From Takakia lepidozioides (lineage: Eukaryota; Plantae; Bryophyta), in the NCBI GenBank assembly GCA_030704615.1, contig CM060732.1, forward strand, positions 72,788,001 to 72,852,000: a DNA stretch of 64,000 nt. Reading direction: 5' to 3'. The notes beneath the pieces were generated by a model. The model saw nothing but the letters and a program-made list of their open reading frames with translations. It was not told the DNA's origin and did not search any database. Position 1 is the first letter of the stretch. The number at the start of each line of letters is the position of its first letter. The position numbers and the translations under genes are program-made. Positions 25,401-37,400 of the stretch are shown here, in pieces.

Positions 25401-28400
25401 TAGCACCCCTGCTCCAGATGCTGTTCGGGTGTCTGCACTGGTGAGGTTTTCCATTCCTGCAATTGAACCCTGCTTCGTCATCTTCCTTCATGGTAGTATG
25501 ACAAGTCGTTTCTGAGGGTTTGGCAATTTTTGCAGTAGATCAAGAGAATGAAATTTCTTTTTTTCCAATCATGGATGAGATTGAAGTGTATCAGATAACT
25601 GGGAATATAAGCTTGAGTGTGTACAACCTTGCACATACTCAAATGGAGCGTGCCAGTTAGTATTTAAAAGGTTAATACAGAATCTTGTAATATGCTCAGT
25701 ATCGTGTTATCCACATCAGATTTGCACTTTTTAGCACAATCAATGATTTTGGGAAACAGACCTTTGCAATACTGTATAGTACGGCTACATTTGTGAGTCA
25801 GTGGACATGAACATTTGTGGCATAGATTTGTAGATGCTTTTGTATTCTTCTTTTTATTGATGTATGTTGGTCCATCATTCTCTGGTAATTGCTGGTTTCA
25901 GTTTGTCCATTTGATCGTCCTTTCCCCTAATAAGGCATTGCGGCCTTGTTTTATGTTGATTCATTCGTTTGGTCACCACTCTTATTGGGTGACATAGGGC
26001 ATTTTGCATTACATGGTGGATCGACCAGCCATTCAGAGTAGTCTTGTTCCATCTGTAGGCATTTTATGACGCTTCCTTGCTGTTTTCTTCAGAACATGGT
26101 CGATCTGGCAGGATCGGAGAGGATTGCCAAGACAGGAGCAGGGGGAGTTCGATTGCGGGAAGGAACACACATTAACAAGAGCCTAACCACTCTTGGAATA
26201 GTTATTAATAAACTCAGTGATGGAGGGAAGCAGGGGTAACATTCTTTATCTTATCCACTTGGTTCATCCCAAGCAATTTGTGGAGTCTTCTTCTGTAGGA
26301 CTGTCGTAGGATCATGCTCTGTTTTGTTATGTCCTTGTACTTGACTTTTCATGCTTTACATGATTACCACCAATTGATACTAACAATTTTGAAGTACATT
26401 TGCTGTTGTGCACAATTTTCCACTGACTTCCTCGCACACCATCACAAGTAACCCTCTCGTATAACATATATGTGACATGATCCTGCAGAGGGCATGTGCC
26501 ATATCGTGACAGCAAGCTCACTCGCATCCTCCAGCCAGCACTGGGTGGAAATGCCAAAACTGCAATTATTTGCACTGTTACTCCTGACGAGGTCAGTTGT
26601 AATCCACTGTAGGTAAAAGTATTGAGGGCTTATGACCAGGGAAACAAAACCATAGTGTCATAGGGAGTGACGTGCTAGAAATTATCCCTGAGTATGCCTG
26701 CATATTTTTTTACAATTTTGCTTTTAGGAAGTATAACAACATCCTGCTTGTAAACCATTGTGCTGGGCTTGTTTGTGTGTAGATACACATTGAGGAAACA
26801 CGGGGCACCCTGCAGTTTGCAAGCAGAGCCAAGCGGGTCACTAACTGTGCACAAGTGAATGAGGTATGACAGTCACCAATTAAACTGACAATCGCAGTTA
26901 AAATCTGCTCGAATTTGGTGTTTCTTGGGAAGAAATGCTTGTTACTATCAGTGCTAATGTTGGGTATGTAATCAACAGATTGTGACAGATGCAGCACTTT
27001 TGAAACGCCAGAAACGGGAGATTGAGGAGCTTCGTAGGAAGTTGCAGGTTGGTACCTTCTCTCTGTGCAGTCGGTAATCTATAACTACATTGAGATTCTA
27101 TTGGTGGAGACCCTTGGTATCCATTGTAAATTGCCAGTCATAATTAAGATGCTCATGCTTAGAGCTATGATCGATGTGGTTGTCTCTTTAAATTCAGTCA
27201 CTCGTTATTTCTCTTAATTGGTAATTGAGGAGAAGCTGCATGTTGAAAAGGATGCTGATTGTTTGACTGAAGGGGTTTGTTATGGTCTTTTCTGAGCTTC
27301 TTCTATGTCACAGGGATCGCCACATTCAGACCAGTTGGAGAAGGAGATTCTATGCTTGCGAAATGACTTGCTGAAGGTTTGTTACATATTCCCCAGATTA
27401 CTGGGAAGCCTACTTCTCTTTCAAGTAGGCACGTACCAAGTACATGGCCACTTAAGTGCAATGTTTTGCCACAACCTCTGATGCTGTCCACCATCGACTT
27501 CAATTTATGTCAGTGGTCCTGATAGGAGTGTCTGTCTGAGTGACCAGCAAGTGAAGCTGCAGGTGTGACTGCATGTTGGAGTCTGTCGAAGTAAGGTCCC
27601 CCGCACTGTGGGATGGGGATTTAGAAGGGGTCTAATTATTATGAAGGATCCTCTTTTGCAAACATCAGTTCCACATTGCTTGAGAGTTTAAATGAGTTTA
27701 AAGATCTGATGGAGTTTAACATTCTCTTGTTGTGACATTTGAGATACTTTGTTCTCATTCGCCTGTTGATGTTGTGGCCCTATTGGTGGTGATGAGCAGT
27801 TCGAATTGGAGAGAGAAAGGCTGGAACTTGAACTACAAGAAGAGAAGAAAGCACAAGTGCAGCGAGAGCGACGTATTAAAGAGCAGGAACAAAAAATCGA
27901 GAATCTCAGTACTCTGGTTATAAGCTCAGCTATTGATGACCGTGATCAGCCTGCCAAGAAGGTTTTTCTACCTGAAACAAGTATACTCAAACGAAAACAA
28001 TAGTTGAAGAGGGAAGCTAGAACACTACGGGCAACTTGTGCATGATGAAGCAATGGTGTTCATGATGACCACCTCAATGAAAGAGCGGGACTGAGTTCTT
28101 TCTTTCCTGAAGCTGCGAATAGTGTTTCATGTGGACCTACCTCTGTCAGAGTTTGACCGATCAGTAACCTCTCTGGGCCATTTTGTGCATCTGAAAATAA
28201 GGCAGAACCACTTAGTTACTAGGTGTAAGATCCCTTGTCAGGAGTATCCTGGTCCAGGTGGTGCCAGAAGGATTGTGCCACAGCTGACAGTCCTGACATA
28301 ATCCGGAATTCCCTGTGCATGATTCCAAATGTGCTGCTACCACTAATGGGCCCCTTTCATGTTCTGTTGGATTTAATCCTCTATTGTGTCTTCTTGTGGA

Positions 28401-31400
28401 CCATCTGTCAGCAGGGCAATCGGAGGGAGACATGGTGTCCTCGCCAGCAGAGTTCAGATCTGGCTTCTCAGGTATGCATATGACAAGATGCAATAATCAT
28501 TTCTTGCAAGGGCAGAGATCCATAGTGAAGGGGAAGGTTGATGAGATCACAGATAAGATACATATATGAATAACATTAATCCAGGGTTTGCAATTGAGAA
28601 GGTGAAGTTTTCTAGCAGTTGTCAAAATCTAAGAATAAGATTATGGTTTCGGCAATGAGAGAGTCAAGATGGATCCATATGTGACATTGTAGGATGCCAT
28701 ACAATGAATTGCGCAGACTTTTAAGAGGAGCACCCCAGGACAAGACTCATCAAAAGGTTCCTTGGACAACAACTTGCTAGTGGCAGTTCGAAGTGACAGA
28801 GCTTTTGGACTCCCTCCTGCATTTGAGAGCCTGCTTGATGATGAAGCAGATACATCGTGGAACAATCCAAGTCAGGTGGAGGATTCACCGGCAACACCAG
28901 ATTTTGGAAATATTGCCGATGAAGAGACGTGGGCCAGTATGAACCAATATCATCTGAGCACTAATGTCCTCTGCGCTACAAATTTATTTTCAGAGAAACA
29001 TGCCTGCTCCTCGGGATTCAATCAAGACTCAAGCAAAATTAGCCTGGTAAATGTGAAGCCTTGAGTACTTCTTGGTCTAACCCCTCGGATGCTCGATGGC
29101 TGGCTTTTCTTTAGAAGTTGAAGCTAGTTGTATTCCTGTCTACCCTCAATCAATGTGTCCTAGGAACCAAGGTGTCCTTTATTGAGGGCTTGGGCTGTTG
29201 TTGGAATCTGCAAATATTTATGTATGACCATTGTATGACAGCTGGAGCATCAGCTGGAGGAGATGAAAACGCAATATCAGGAGCTACAGAGTACTTTTGA
29301 TGTCAAGGTGCTGCACATCATCTCTCCCTCTTGATGCTCAATTTTTTGCGTACACACACCTCACAATTAATGCTCTCTTGTAAGCACCTATTAACTCTGT
29401 AAATTCGTTATCCTCATATAGACAGATCCAATAGTTGTCTTTGGATTGACCTAAGTTAAGAAGAGGAATATAAGCAGTGAAGGCTAGTTGTTGTGGATTT
29501 TTTGTAATGTCAATCAGAGACCACTCCATGTGTGTAGAATATAGGTGTATAGGTTTTCAAGAGGTTGTTTGGGTGGGTGTCATGTTAAGAGTCTTTATGG
29601 TGTAAACCCACAGTGTGTGGGAAGGGATTTGCCATTGCTTAGGCAAGATTCCTTTAGGTACTAGGCATAAGACCATCGATGAGTTGCAACCTCTAGCCAT
29701 AGGAGTCAGAGAAACGTTGTCTGCTCTCAGAGTGTAGATGTAATTGGCAACCCAAATGTCCTGGAGAGACAGATCGGGATGATGATGTTGAACCCATGAG
29801 GATTTGCTGCCAAGAGGAGTGGCCTTAGACTCTAGAGTTTTCAGTTTTCACTGCTGGCATATTAAGGTGAACCCCTTGGTATCTCTGTCTGCTACAGCTT
29901 CAGCAGGGGTTACAAGGAGCCATTGAAGACGCAACCAAATCAAGGCAGCAGCTGGATATTCTAATAAAAGAGAAGTCAAAGCTTGAGGTACAACAGCCTT
30001 TCTTGCAGTTTTTTCCTTCTTGCAGTTCTATTTTATCCAATAGGCATCTGTGGACCCTATATGCATATGAAAAAATGTCTTTCTTCTTCCACTCTCTCAC
30101 TGACTGTCAAGGCGTCAAGATATAACAGCTGTCTAGAGATGTTAGTGTACAACCACTTCTGAATTCACAGTGTCTCTTTATTTTGCCAGGAGTCTCTACC
30201 TCTACAGACCAAGCCTGCAATGTCATTCTCAAGAAGTGAAGATTCAAATGTGAAGAAATTGGTAGATGAAGTTGAACATTTGAAACTTGAGCTAAAAAGA
30301 TCAAAGCAGGAAAACATGAGCTTACAAGTTGAGGCTCAAGAGCTCCATAGTCAACTTCTCCGAACAGAAACAGCACTTCAGAAATGCGTTGACATGGATA
30401 ATGACAAGATGGATGACATGGATAATGGGATCCACTTGCTTAGAGAGAAGGTAAATTATTTCAGTGGGGCAATGGACGGCTCCATACTCCAGCAAGATGA
30501 TGGACCTCTCTGTTACCAAGGGAATGATGGCGGTGAGTCATATGATCCCGAAGGCCTTGCTATAGTAAAGGAGTCAGAATCCAGATACCTTTGTGGAGAG
30601 TGTCTGGTTTTCTCTCAGGAGGATGCAGATGGGAAGAGGCCCACTGGCTGTTCTGGGTCCATGAAAGTTACACAAGTGAAGGTAGGGTCAGTGTACGGAA
30701 AAGCTGAGGGGAGACAGGTGGTCAGCAACCAGGGAGACTTTCCCTGTTCAACAACTGGTGCAACCAACAGTGAGCCAGCAACGAGCTCTAGTTTGTCATG
30801 TTATTCAACTCCGTGCAAAAGGATTTGTGAGGGGAAGTCTTTAGGAGGAGGAAGGGATGCCATTGTGGCTGCTTTGAGTTGCCTCTGTTGCCGCCTGAGG
30901 AAACTAGGTGAGCCACTAGAATTAGCGAAAGACAGTAGCATGAAACTGCCACCGTTGAATGCAAATTCCACCCAAAAGGCCAAAAACTTGGAAGTATCTC
31001 TAACCAGTGCAAGAAGGCTTACCACCCAACTGGTGGAAGAACTTCAGACTATTGTTCAACATGACTTTCGGTGTTTAAACAGCCATTTGCATTCATACGG
31101 GATGGTTGGAAGACTTTTAGAAGGGCTTCAGGTGCTGCTGTTGGAGAATGCTGAGATCACATTCTACCTCCTTCGCAACACAGTACAGGATATGTATCCA
31201 GCCACGGACTTGAAGCTGCAGGAGTTGTCTAGGGCAGTGGGCATGATCGAAGACAGGATGCTGGAGGTGGGGACCCACACATCAAGCCATCCCAAGGTCA
31301 GCAATGGTGGGCTGCCCGACCATGCTGTTGAATCTGAAGCGCTTGTTGGTAAGGAAGAGGAAGACAGAGATTCTAACAGTTCAAGAGACCCTCAACCCTC

Positions 31401-34400
31401 TTGCCACCAGTTGCTTAAAAAGGATGGAAATGATGCGGAGTGTCTGGAGTTTCTGGCTGGTGAGGCAGAAGTTAAGGGATCCACATACAGAGTGGGCAGA
31501 TCTGAGTTGCATGAGTTTACTGGACCTGTTCCCATATGTGGGCATGGTAACATGGAGATGGATGGCACGGATAAAAACAACACCTTGCTTGAAGCGTCTG
31601 TGACTCCTCAAGATCTAATTGGGGTGTCCCTCCATGATCAGGGACCCAGAGGAAGGAGTGCAGGAGATGGAGGGATGGGGAAAGATAATGGAGTAGTTAA
31701 GCCAAAGCCATTTGGAGTCCAGGAAGTTTCTGGAAAGAAGGGCACTCTATCCAACACTGAGGGTGGAATCTCTCAGAGTGAGGTGGATATTTTTGCCATA
31801 CAAGGAGGAGCAGAGGTCATTGAAAGACTGAAAATGTCTGGGCAGCACATCTCAATGCTGGATCAGCAGCTAGTAATACAAAGAACTGAGAAGGAAAGGA
31901 TCTCCAAAGTCTTGATCGAGCAGCTGAATGCGAACGAAGAGAGCATGGAGACTTTGAAGTTTGAGAAGGTGCGGCTGGCCAAAGAGCTGCAGCATTACAT
32001 GGGGGTACTTGCGGTGCACGATGAAGTGGTGGCTGCTATTTGTGTTGAACTCAAGGAATTTGAAAAGGAGATGGCACAGAAGAGAGAGGTCATTTGCTGA
32101 CCAGCCAGCGCCCTTGGAAGTGGCAAGGGAGCTATGTTGTATTGCCTGCAGATTTAAGAGTGCATGTTAACTCCAATTGAACCTGCCCAGAAGATCTCCC
32201 AGATCGCAGAGGCTAGTAGTTTTACAAGCAAGTTCCACCTTGGGGATGGGGTTCTTGCATAACGTCAGCTAATGGAAGACATAGCAGGGGCTGTTGTTAA
32301 AATAGGGAGTGGTGATAGTTGCTGCATGTTGAGTGAAAAAGAGAAGGGTTCGTTGGGGACGGCAATTGCCCGGGGTTTTACCGAAGCAGCCAAGATTGAT
32401 TTTAGACTTGCTGCAATGAATTTGAACCCTGGCCAGTGGGAAACTTGCTATCACTGCTAACCTATCCACTGAATTGGTGTTGAGTTTCGAGTTTGTGGCT
32501 GCTCTTATTTCGATCATGTTATTTATGTAGTATGGGACCTCAGTTCAAATTGGAATTGTGGAATGAAGTCAAAAATGTTTGAGACAGAGAGATGTGCTCA
32601 GTAAGAGTACATTTTAGTTGCTCCGGGAGTGGGTTTTTTTGTGCTTGGTCTCTTATCATGCATATCCCAAGGGACCAGCTCTTTGTAAATTTAATCAAGG
32701 ATTGGATGGAGGAAATAAAGAGCTTCACTTCTTTCTGCAGAAGCATTAAAGGTCTGCTGAGCACCTCTCATAGACTGTGAGGTTACTCAGTGCTGATTAT
32801 GCAGTGCAGATGATAATCTGAAGCCTACATCTGTTCTTAGAGGGTGAGAGATACTGATTTGAGCTCAGTTTATGTATCAGATTGGCAACTTCCAGTTTTC
32901 TCTGATTAGTAGACTGTTATTTGTGCAGCCTACCCCAGATGCTTAGTGATGACTTGTGTGTGTAGTATTACATTTATAGGTGAATGAAGTGTTGCTGCTG
33001 CTTCGCTGCTTTGCCACGGTGTTCGACATGCATTTGATGTCAGTGCGAGTGTCTTCTCATACTTGTTATGGTTTGTAATGGATAGTGAGTCTACGTGTTA
33101 TTAAGGTTGGCCCACAATTCTTTTCAGGCTCAAGGGTCAAGAGACGTAGGACCACCCCTGGCAAGGCAGGAAGAATCGTCCCCAGGAGAGACTTCTCCAC
33201 AGGCAGCAAAGGGTTCTGAACTTGTACAAGGGAGAGACAGGATGCTGCGGAACATGTCAGAACAGAGGAAGATCGAGCTTTTGGAGACCTGTGCAATCCA
33301 TCAGCGACTCATCACTGTAAGTAATACCACTTAATAGCGTGCACTCACCGTTTCTTTCTATCTTGTGTGCATCTCTTCTCCAGCTCTTCTATGGGCATTG
33401 GAAGGTTGAGGGTGGGCTCAGCCTGTGGATAGAGACTGGTAGATGGGATAACTTGGAGCATGCTGACTGCTTGTGCCGTGCTTGAGGAATTACATAGACC
33501 TGTGGTACTCTGAAGTCTCTTGACCTCTCTATTCAATTTAGTCTGATGTCATGCACATCTCTGTAGAACTACGTGACAAAATAGTGATGTCCCAATCATG
33601 TGTCCGAAGTTGAAAAGTCAATTGAACAGCATGTACAAGTGATGTATACAGTACACTTTCTAAAAGGAAAGGGAGGGAGGGAGGGTCAGTAGACTTTATA
33701 TACCGTCGCTTTTTGACCATAGTGCATTTTTGAGAGATCAGAAGAATGAGAAGGTCTTATGGGGCCAAGGCCTCTATCCCAGTGTCTATATGACCTCAAC
33801 CTCTCCCTGTCCTCTAGGAAGCCTATTGACATTGGGTGGACTTGAAACGGGAGTACATTAATGTCTCTGTGACTAAATGCCGGCCTTGTGACCTCGTGTC
33901 CTTGTTTGTTTCGACCTGAAGCGCTTTGCTTCAGGTAAGGTAGTGCATTGGATTTAGTTGGAAAGCTTGGGGCCTTTCCCTCTTTAGAATATGCCTACAC
34001 GGGCCATTCCCTGCAACTCCCTGGAGTGTGATCTCTGAATGGAAACAAGCGGACTCCTACCGCTTGGGGGCAGCCCCTCCGCCCAAATTGGGCAGTCGTA
34101 TGCTCTGTCTAGCATACTCGGCACTTGGGCTCGGGCTGGTTCCTGTGCTTAAACTTATGGCCTGCGAAAACAATAAAAAATTTAGCTCCTATCAACATCA
34201 ACACTCCTCAGGGTGATCCCTGGGAATTGGTTACTTTGCCAAATCTAGGGCTTCATGTGTAGTTTTTGGTGCAGGTGGTGGTGCAGTGGTGACTTCATCA
34301 GTTGACATTGTCAAAACCTTTGAAACTCACTACAGTATCCTTGGCAGAACTTCTAGGTCTAACAGTGAGGGGTCTTCTGCTGAATGGAGGGACACAGTTG

Positions 34401-37400
34401 GAAAAACTGTTCTATGATTCAAAACAGCCCTGATGAACTGGAGTATATTTCAATGGCTTATAATGCTCCCATTAGTTCTTCTGAGATTGTGGATGCAATT
34501 GAACATTTAAATGGATATAAAGCTGGTGGACCTGATGGTATTGTCAACGAGCTTATCAAGCACGGTGGCGATCCCATGATAGAGGCCCTAGTTCTCCTCT
34601 TTAACCTTATCTGGAAGACTGAAATGATCCCCTTTCGCTGGCGACAGGGGGTCATTGTCAATCTATACAAGAAGGGTGACAGAGAAGAACCGGGGAACTA
34701 CCGTGGCATCACGCTCCTCAATGCTGTTGGCAAGACATTCTGCAGAGTTATAAGTACTCGTCTCTGTTGGAAAACCACTGGCGTGTGGTCGGGCTAGGGA
34801 TTGAACCTAGGACCTCCCCCATTCCGGTGGGGTGCTCTACCACTGAGCTACCCGTCCCGTTCTGTTCTCAGAGTGCCGTGCAAGGGCTATAGCCTTGACA
34901 CCTCCAAAACTCCCCCTCAAGGCATAGCCCTTATGCTAATGCCCACCCATTCTGACCACCGCCCCAACCTTGGCTCTGATACCATGTTGGAAAACCACTG
35001 GCGTGTGGTCGGGCTAGGGATTGAACCTAGGACCTCCCCCATTCCGGTGGGGTGCTCTACCACTGAGCTACCCGTCCCGTTCTGTTCTCACAGTGCCGTG
35101 CAAGGGCTATAGCCTTGACACCTCCAACAGTCTCGAGGTTGATCTGGAGTCTAGAGGTTGTTTCCACGAAGGCCAAGCTGGCTTTCGGCGAAACAGGGGC
35201 TGTGTGGATCATATCTTCACTCTAAGCCAGATTATCCAGGGAAGGAAAAATAAGGGAAACCCACTTATGTCTTTTTCCTGGATGTCAAAAAGGCTTATGA
35301 CACAGTGTGGAGAGATGGCCTATGGTTCCGCCTCTGGTCTTGTGGGATCAAGGGAAAGATGTGGAGAGTTGTCCACAACTTGTATGCTCACACCAAAAGC
35401 TGTGTCACTGTTAACGGACAGAAGTCCAACTTCTTTGACATAGACCAAGGTGTAGCTCAAGGATGTACTCTCTCCCCTCTGCTCTTCAATGTTTTCATCA
35501 ATCAACTCCTCGAGGATGTGGAAAGTGAGGGATTTGGGTTTCGGGTGGGTGATACCACCATACCAGCCCTTATGTTTGCGGATGACTTCGCAGGCATAGG
35601 GGAGACTCCAACCAATCTCCAGGAATTGATTGATTGCGCGAAGAGATACTTTGATCTTTGGGGGCTAGAGGCTAATGTCAGCAAATGTGCAGTGGTAGCA
35701 TTCAACGACAGAGGAGAGGGAGGAAGTGGTCTTAAGTGGCAGTGGGGTAGCCAAGAGATCCCGGTCCTCCCTTCCTACACTTACCTGGGCGTTGAGTTCT
35801 CCTCCAATTGTAATTGGGATGCACATATCCGGAAAGTTGTTCAAACTGGCAAGGGCAAAGCTCTGGGGCTCACTAAATTTTTCCACTGCAGAGGGGTCAC
35901 CTCTGAGGTTAAGAAAACCATGCTTTGTCGCGTTATTAGACCTGCCTTGGAGTACGGATCTGCTATATGGGTTGATAACTCCAACCAGGCTAAGTCTCTA
36001 GAATCCATTCAAGTGGGGGTGCTTAAGGAGTGTATGTCAGCATGCTCCAAAACAGCCAATGTGGCTGTTCGGGGTGAGTTTGGCATTCCGTCCTTAAGCT
36101 CCCGACGAGATGAATTCAAGGTCAGATGGTGGGGTCAGCTGCAACATATGCCCAACACCAGATATCCTAAGTTAATCGACTCTATATCTTGGAAACAGGA
36201 CCGCCCTGTCAAACAGGCTCAGTCTAAAGTATAACTTCATTTCTTTATCACAGGCTTCAAGAGAGAAAGGTATCTTTGAGGGGTGGTGCACACAGATTTT
36301 TTATTCTATTTTCTATGCCAGGAGGTAATTTACTGAACGTTTAGGTGCTGAATAATCCACTCTCCAGATATGCACTCATCCCTGACTGTATCTGTGCTCT
36401 GACCAGTAAAATGCCATTGCGCTGCTCTCTAACATCAACTGGAAATATCGGTCTCTGATACAAATGGATGGTGGAATGCATACAGGGGCACTTAACGAAG
36501 GCCCCTGAGGAACTTGAGGAAGGCAATTCAGAAGGCTTGGAAAGTGGGTACATGCACAGACAAGATGCCTCCAGCCACTTATTGGATCATGATAGTTTGA
36601 AGGAAGGAGCAGCAACAAAGTCTGCAGCCAAAAATTTATTGACAATATCTCATGATTTGTCTGGAAAAATCCTGAATGTGAACTCGAGGCCTTTTGACAA
36701 ACAAGACCCTGGTGCAGAGGGATTCAGCTTGTTGGAGTTGTCTCTGGTGGGTGATTGCAATGAGGATATACTCCCCTGTCCCATTCACGATGACCAAGAT
36801 GTTCATGTGAGCAACGGACGAGAGTGGGTGGGAAAGATGAGTGAGCCAGAAAGGAGGTTTACGATGCAGCTGCTCATGAAGGTACAAAAAATGTAATCAC
36901 AAATTCATGCACCAAGCCAGGAAGGGAATTTGAGATGTAATATTCTAGATGTATGGTCATCTGGATTTCAACTGAAAAGTAGTGACCACCCCACCCATGC
37001 AGCTGCCTGAGAGTGTACACGGTTCAGCGACTTCCCTGTTTTTCATGGACACAGTTTGTCATCCTTTTTTTTAATTTTGTGATTCTCCCATTACGAAGAG
37101 TTTTAACACTGATATGGGTTTATTTAGAATGATGTAATTATTGTTATGTGCTCTAGGTTCTAATGCAGCTACTTCTTCATGGATTGGATGCATAAAGGTA
37201 GATGCACTGGAGGCAAGCCTTACTGCAGCTAAATTGGAGGTGGTGGAACTCAAGGTTGAGATCGAACACTTGCAGTAAGTTCTGCTTGACCCTTTTGCAT
37301 CTAAACTGTTTGTGTCGACCACTTTGATAATAGTGAGATTCACTTTTGTCGCTTTTGTAGAGATTCTGCACTTATTAGTCGAGAGCTTGGCAACGTGGAC

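Larger units (their letters stand above)
34765..35129 (-). mobile_element. TRIM (365 bp) with tRNA-derived LTRs (Helenus/Cassandra-like architecture)
   Basis: Two 145-bp LTRs (34765-34909, 34985-35129) differing at 2 positions, TGTTGGA..TCCAACA termini, 5-bp TSD GTCTC (34760-34764, 35130-35134). PBS TGGTATCAGAGCC (tRNAi-Met) and PPT TGAGGGGGAG lie on the - strand in a 75-bp interior. Confidence 0.95.
34210..36240 (+). mobile_element. RTE-like LINE reverse transcriptase remnant in a kinesin intron
   Basis: [73 protein letters not shown]. Split by the TRIM and by a frameshift near 35250. Confidence 0.9.

Noticed and set aside
34786-35077. Two functional tRNA-Ser(GGA) genes
   Set aside because: They lie inside LTRs, have an acceptor-stem mismatch, lack U33 in the anticodon loop and lack the long variable arm; treated as tRNA-derived promoters.
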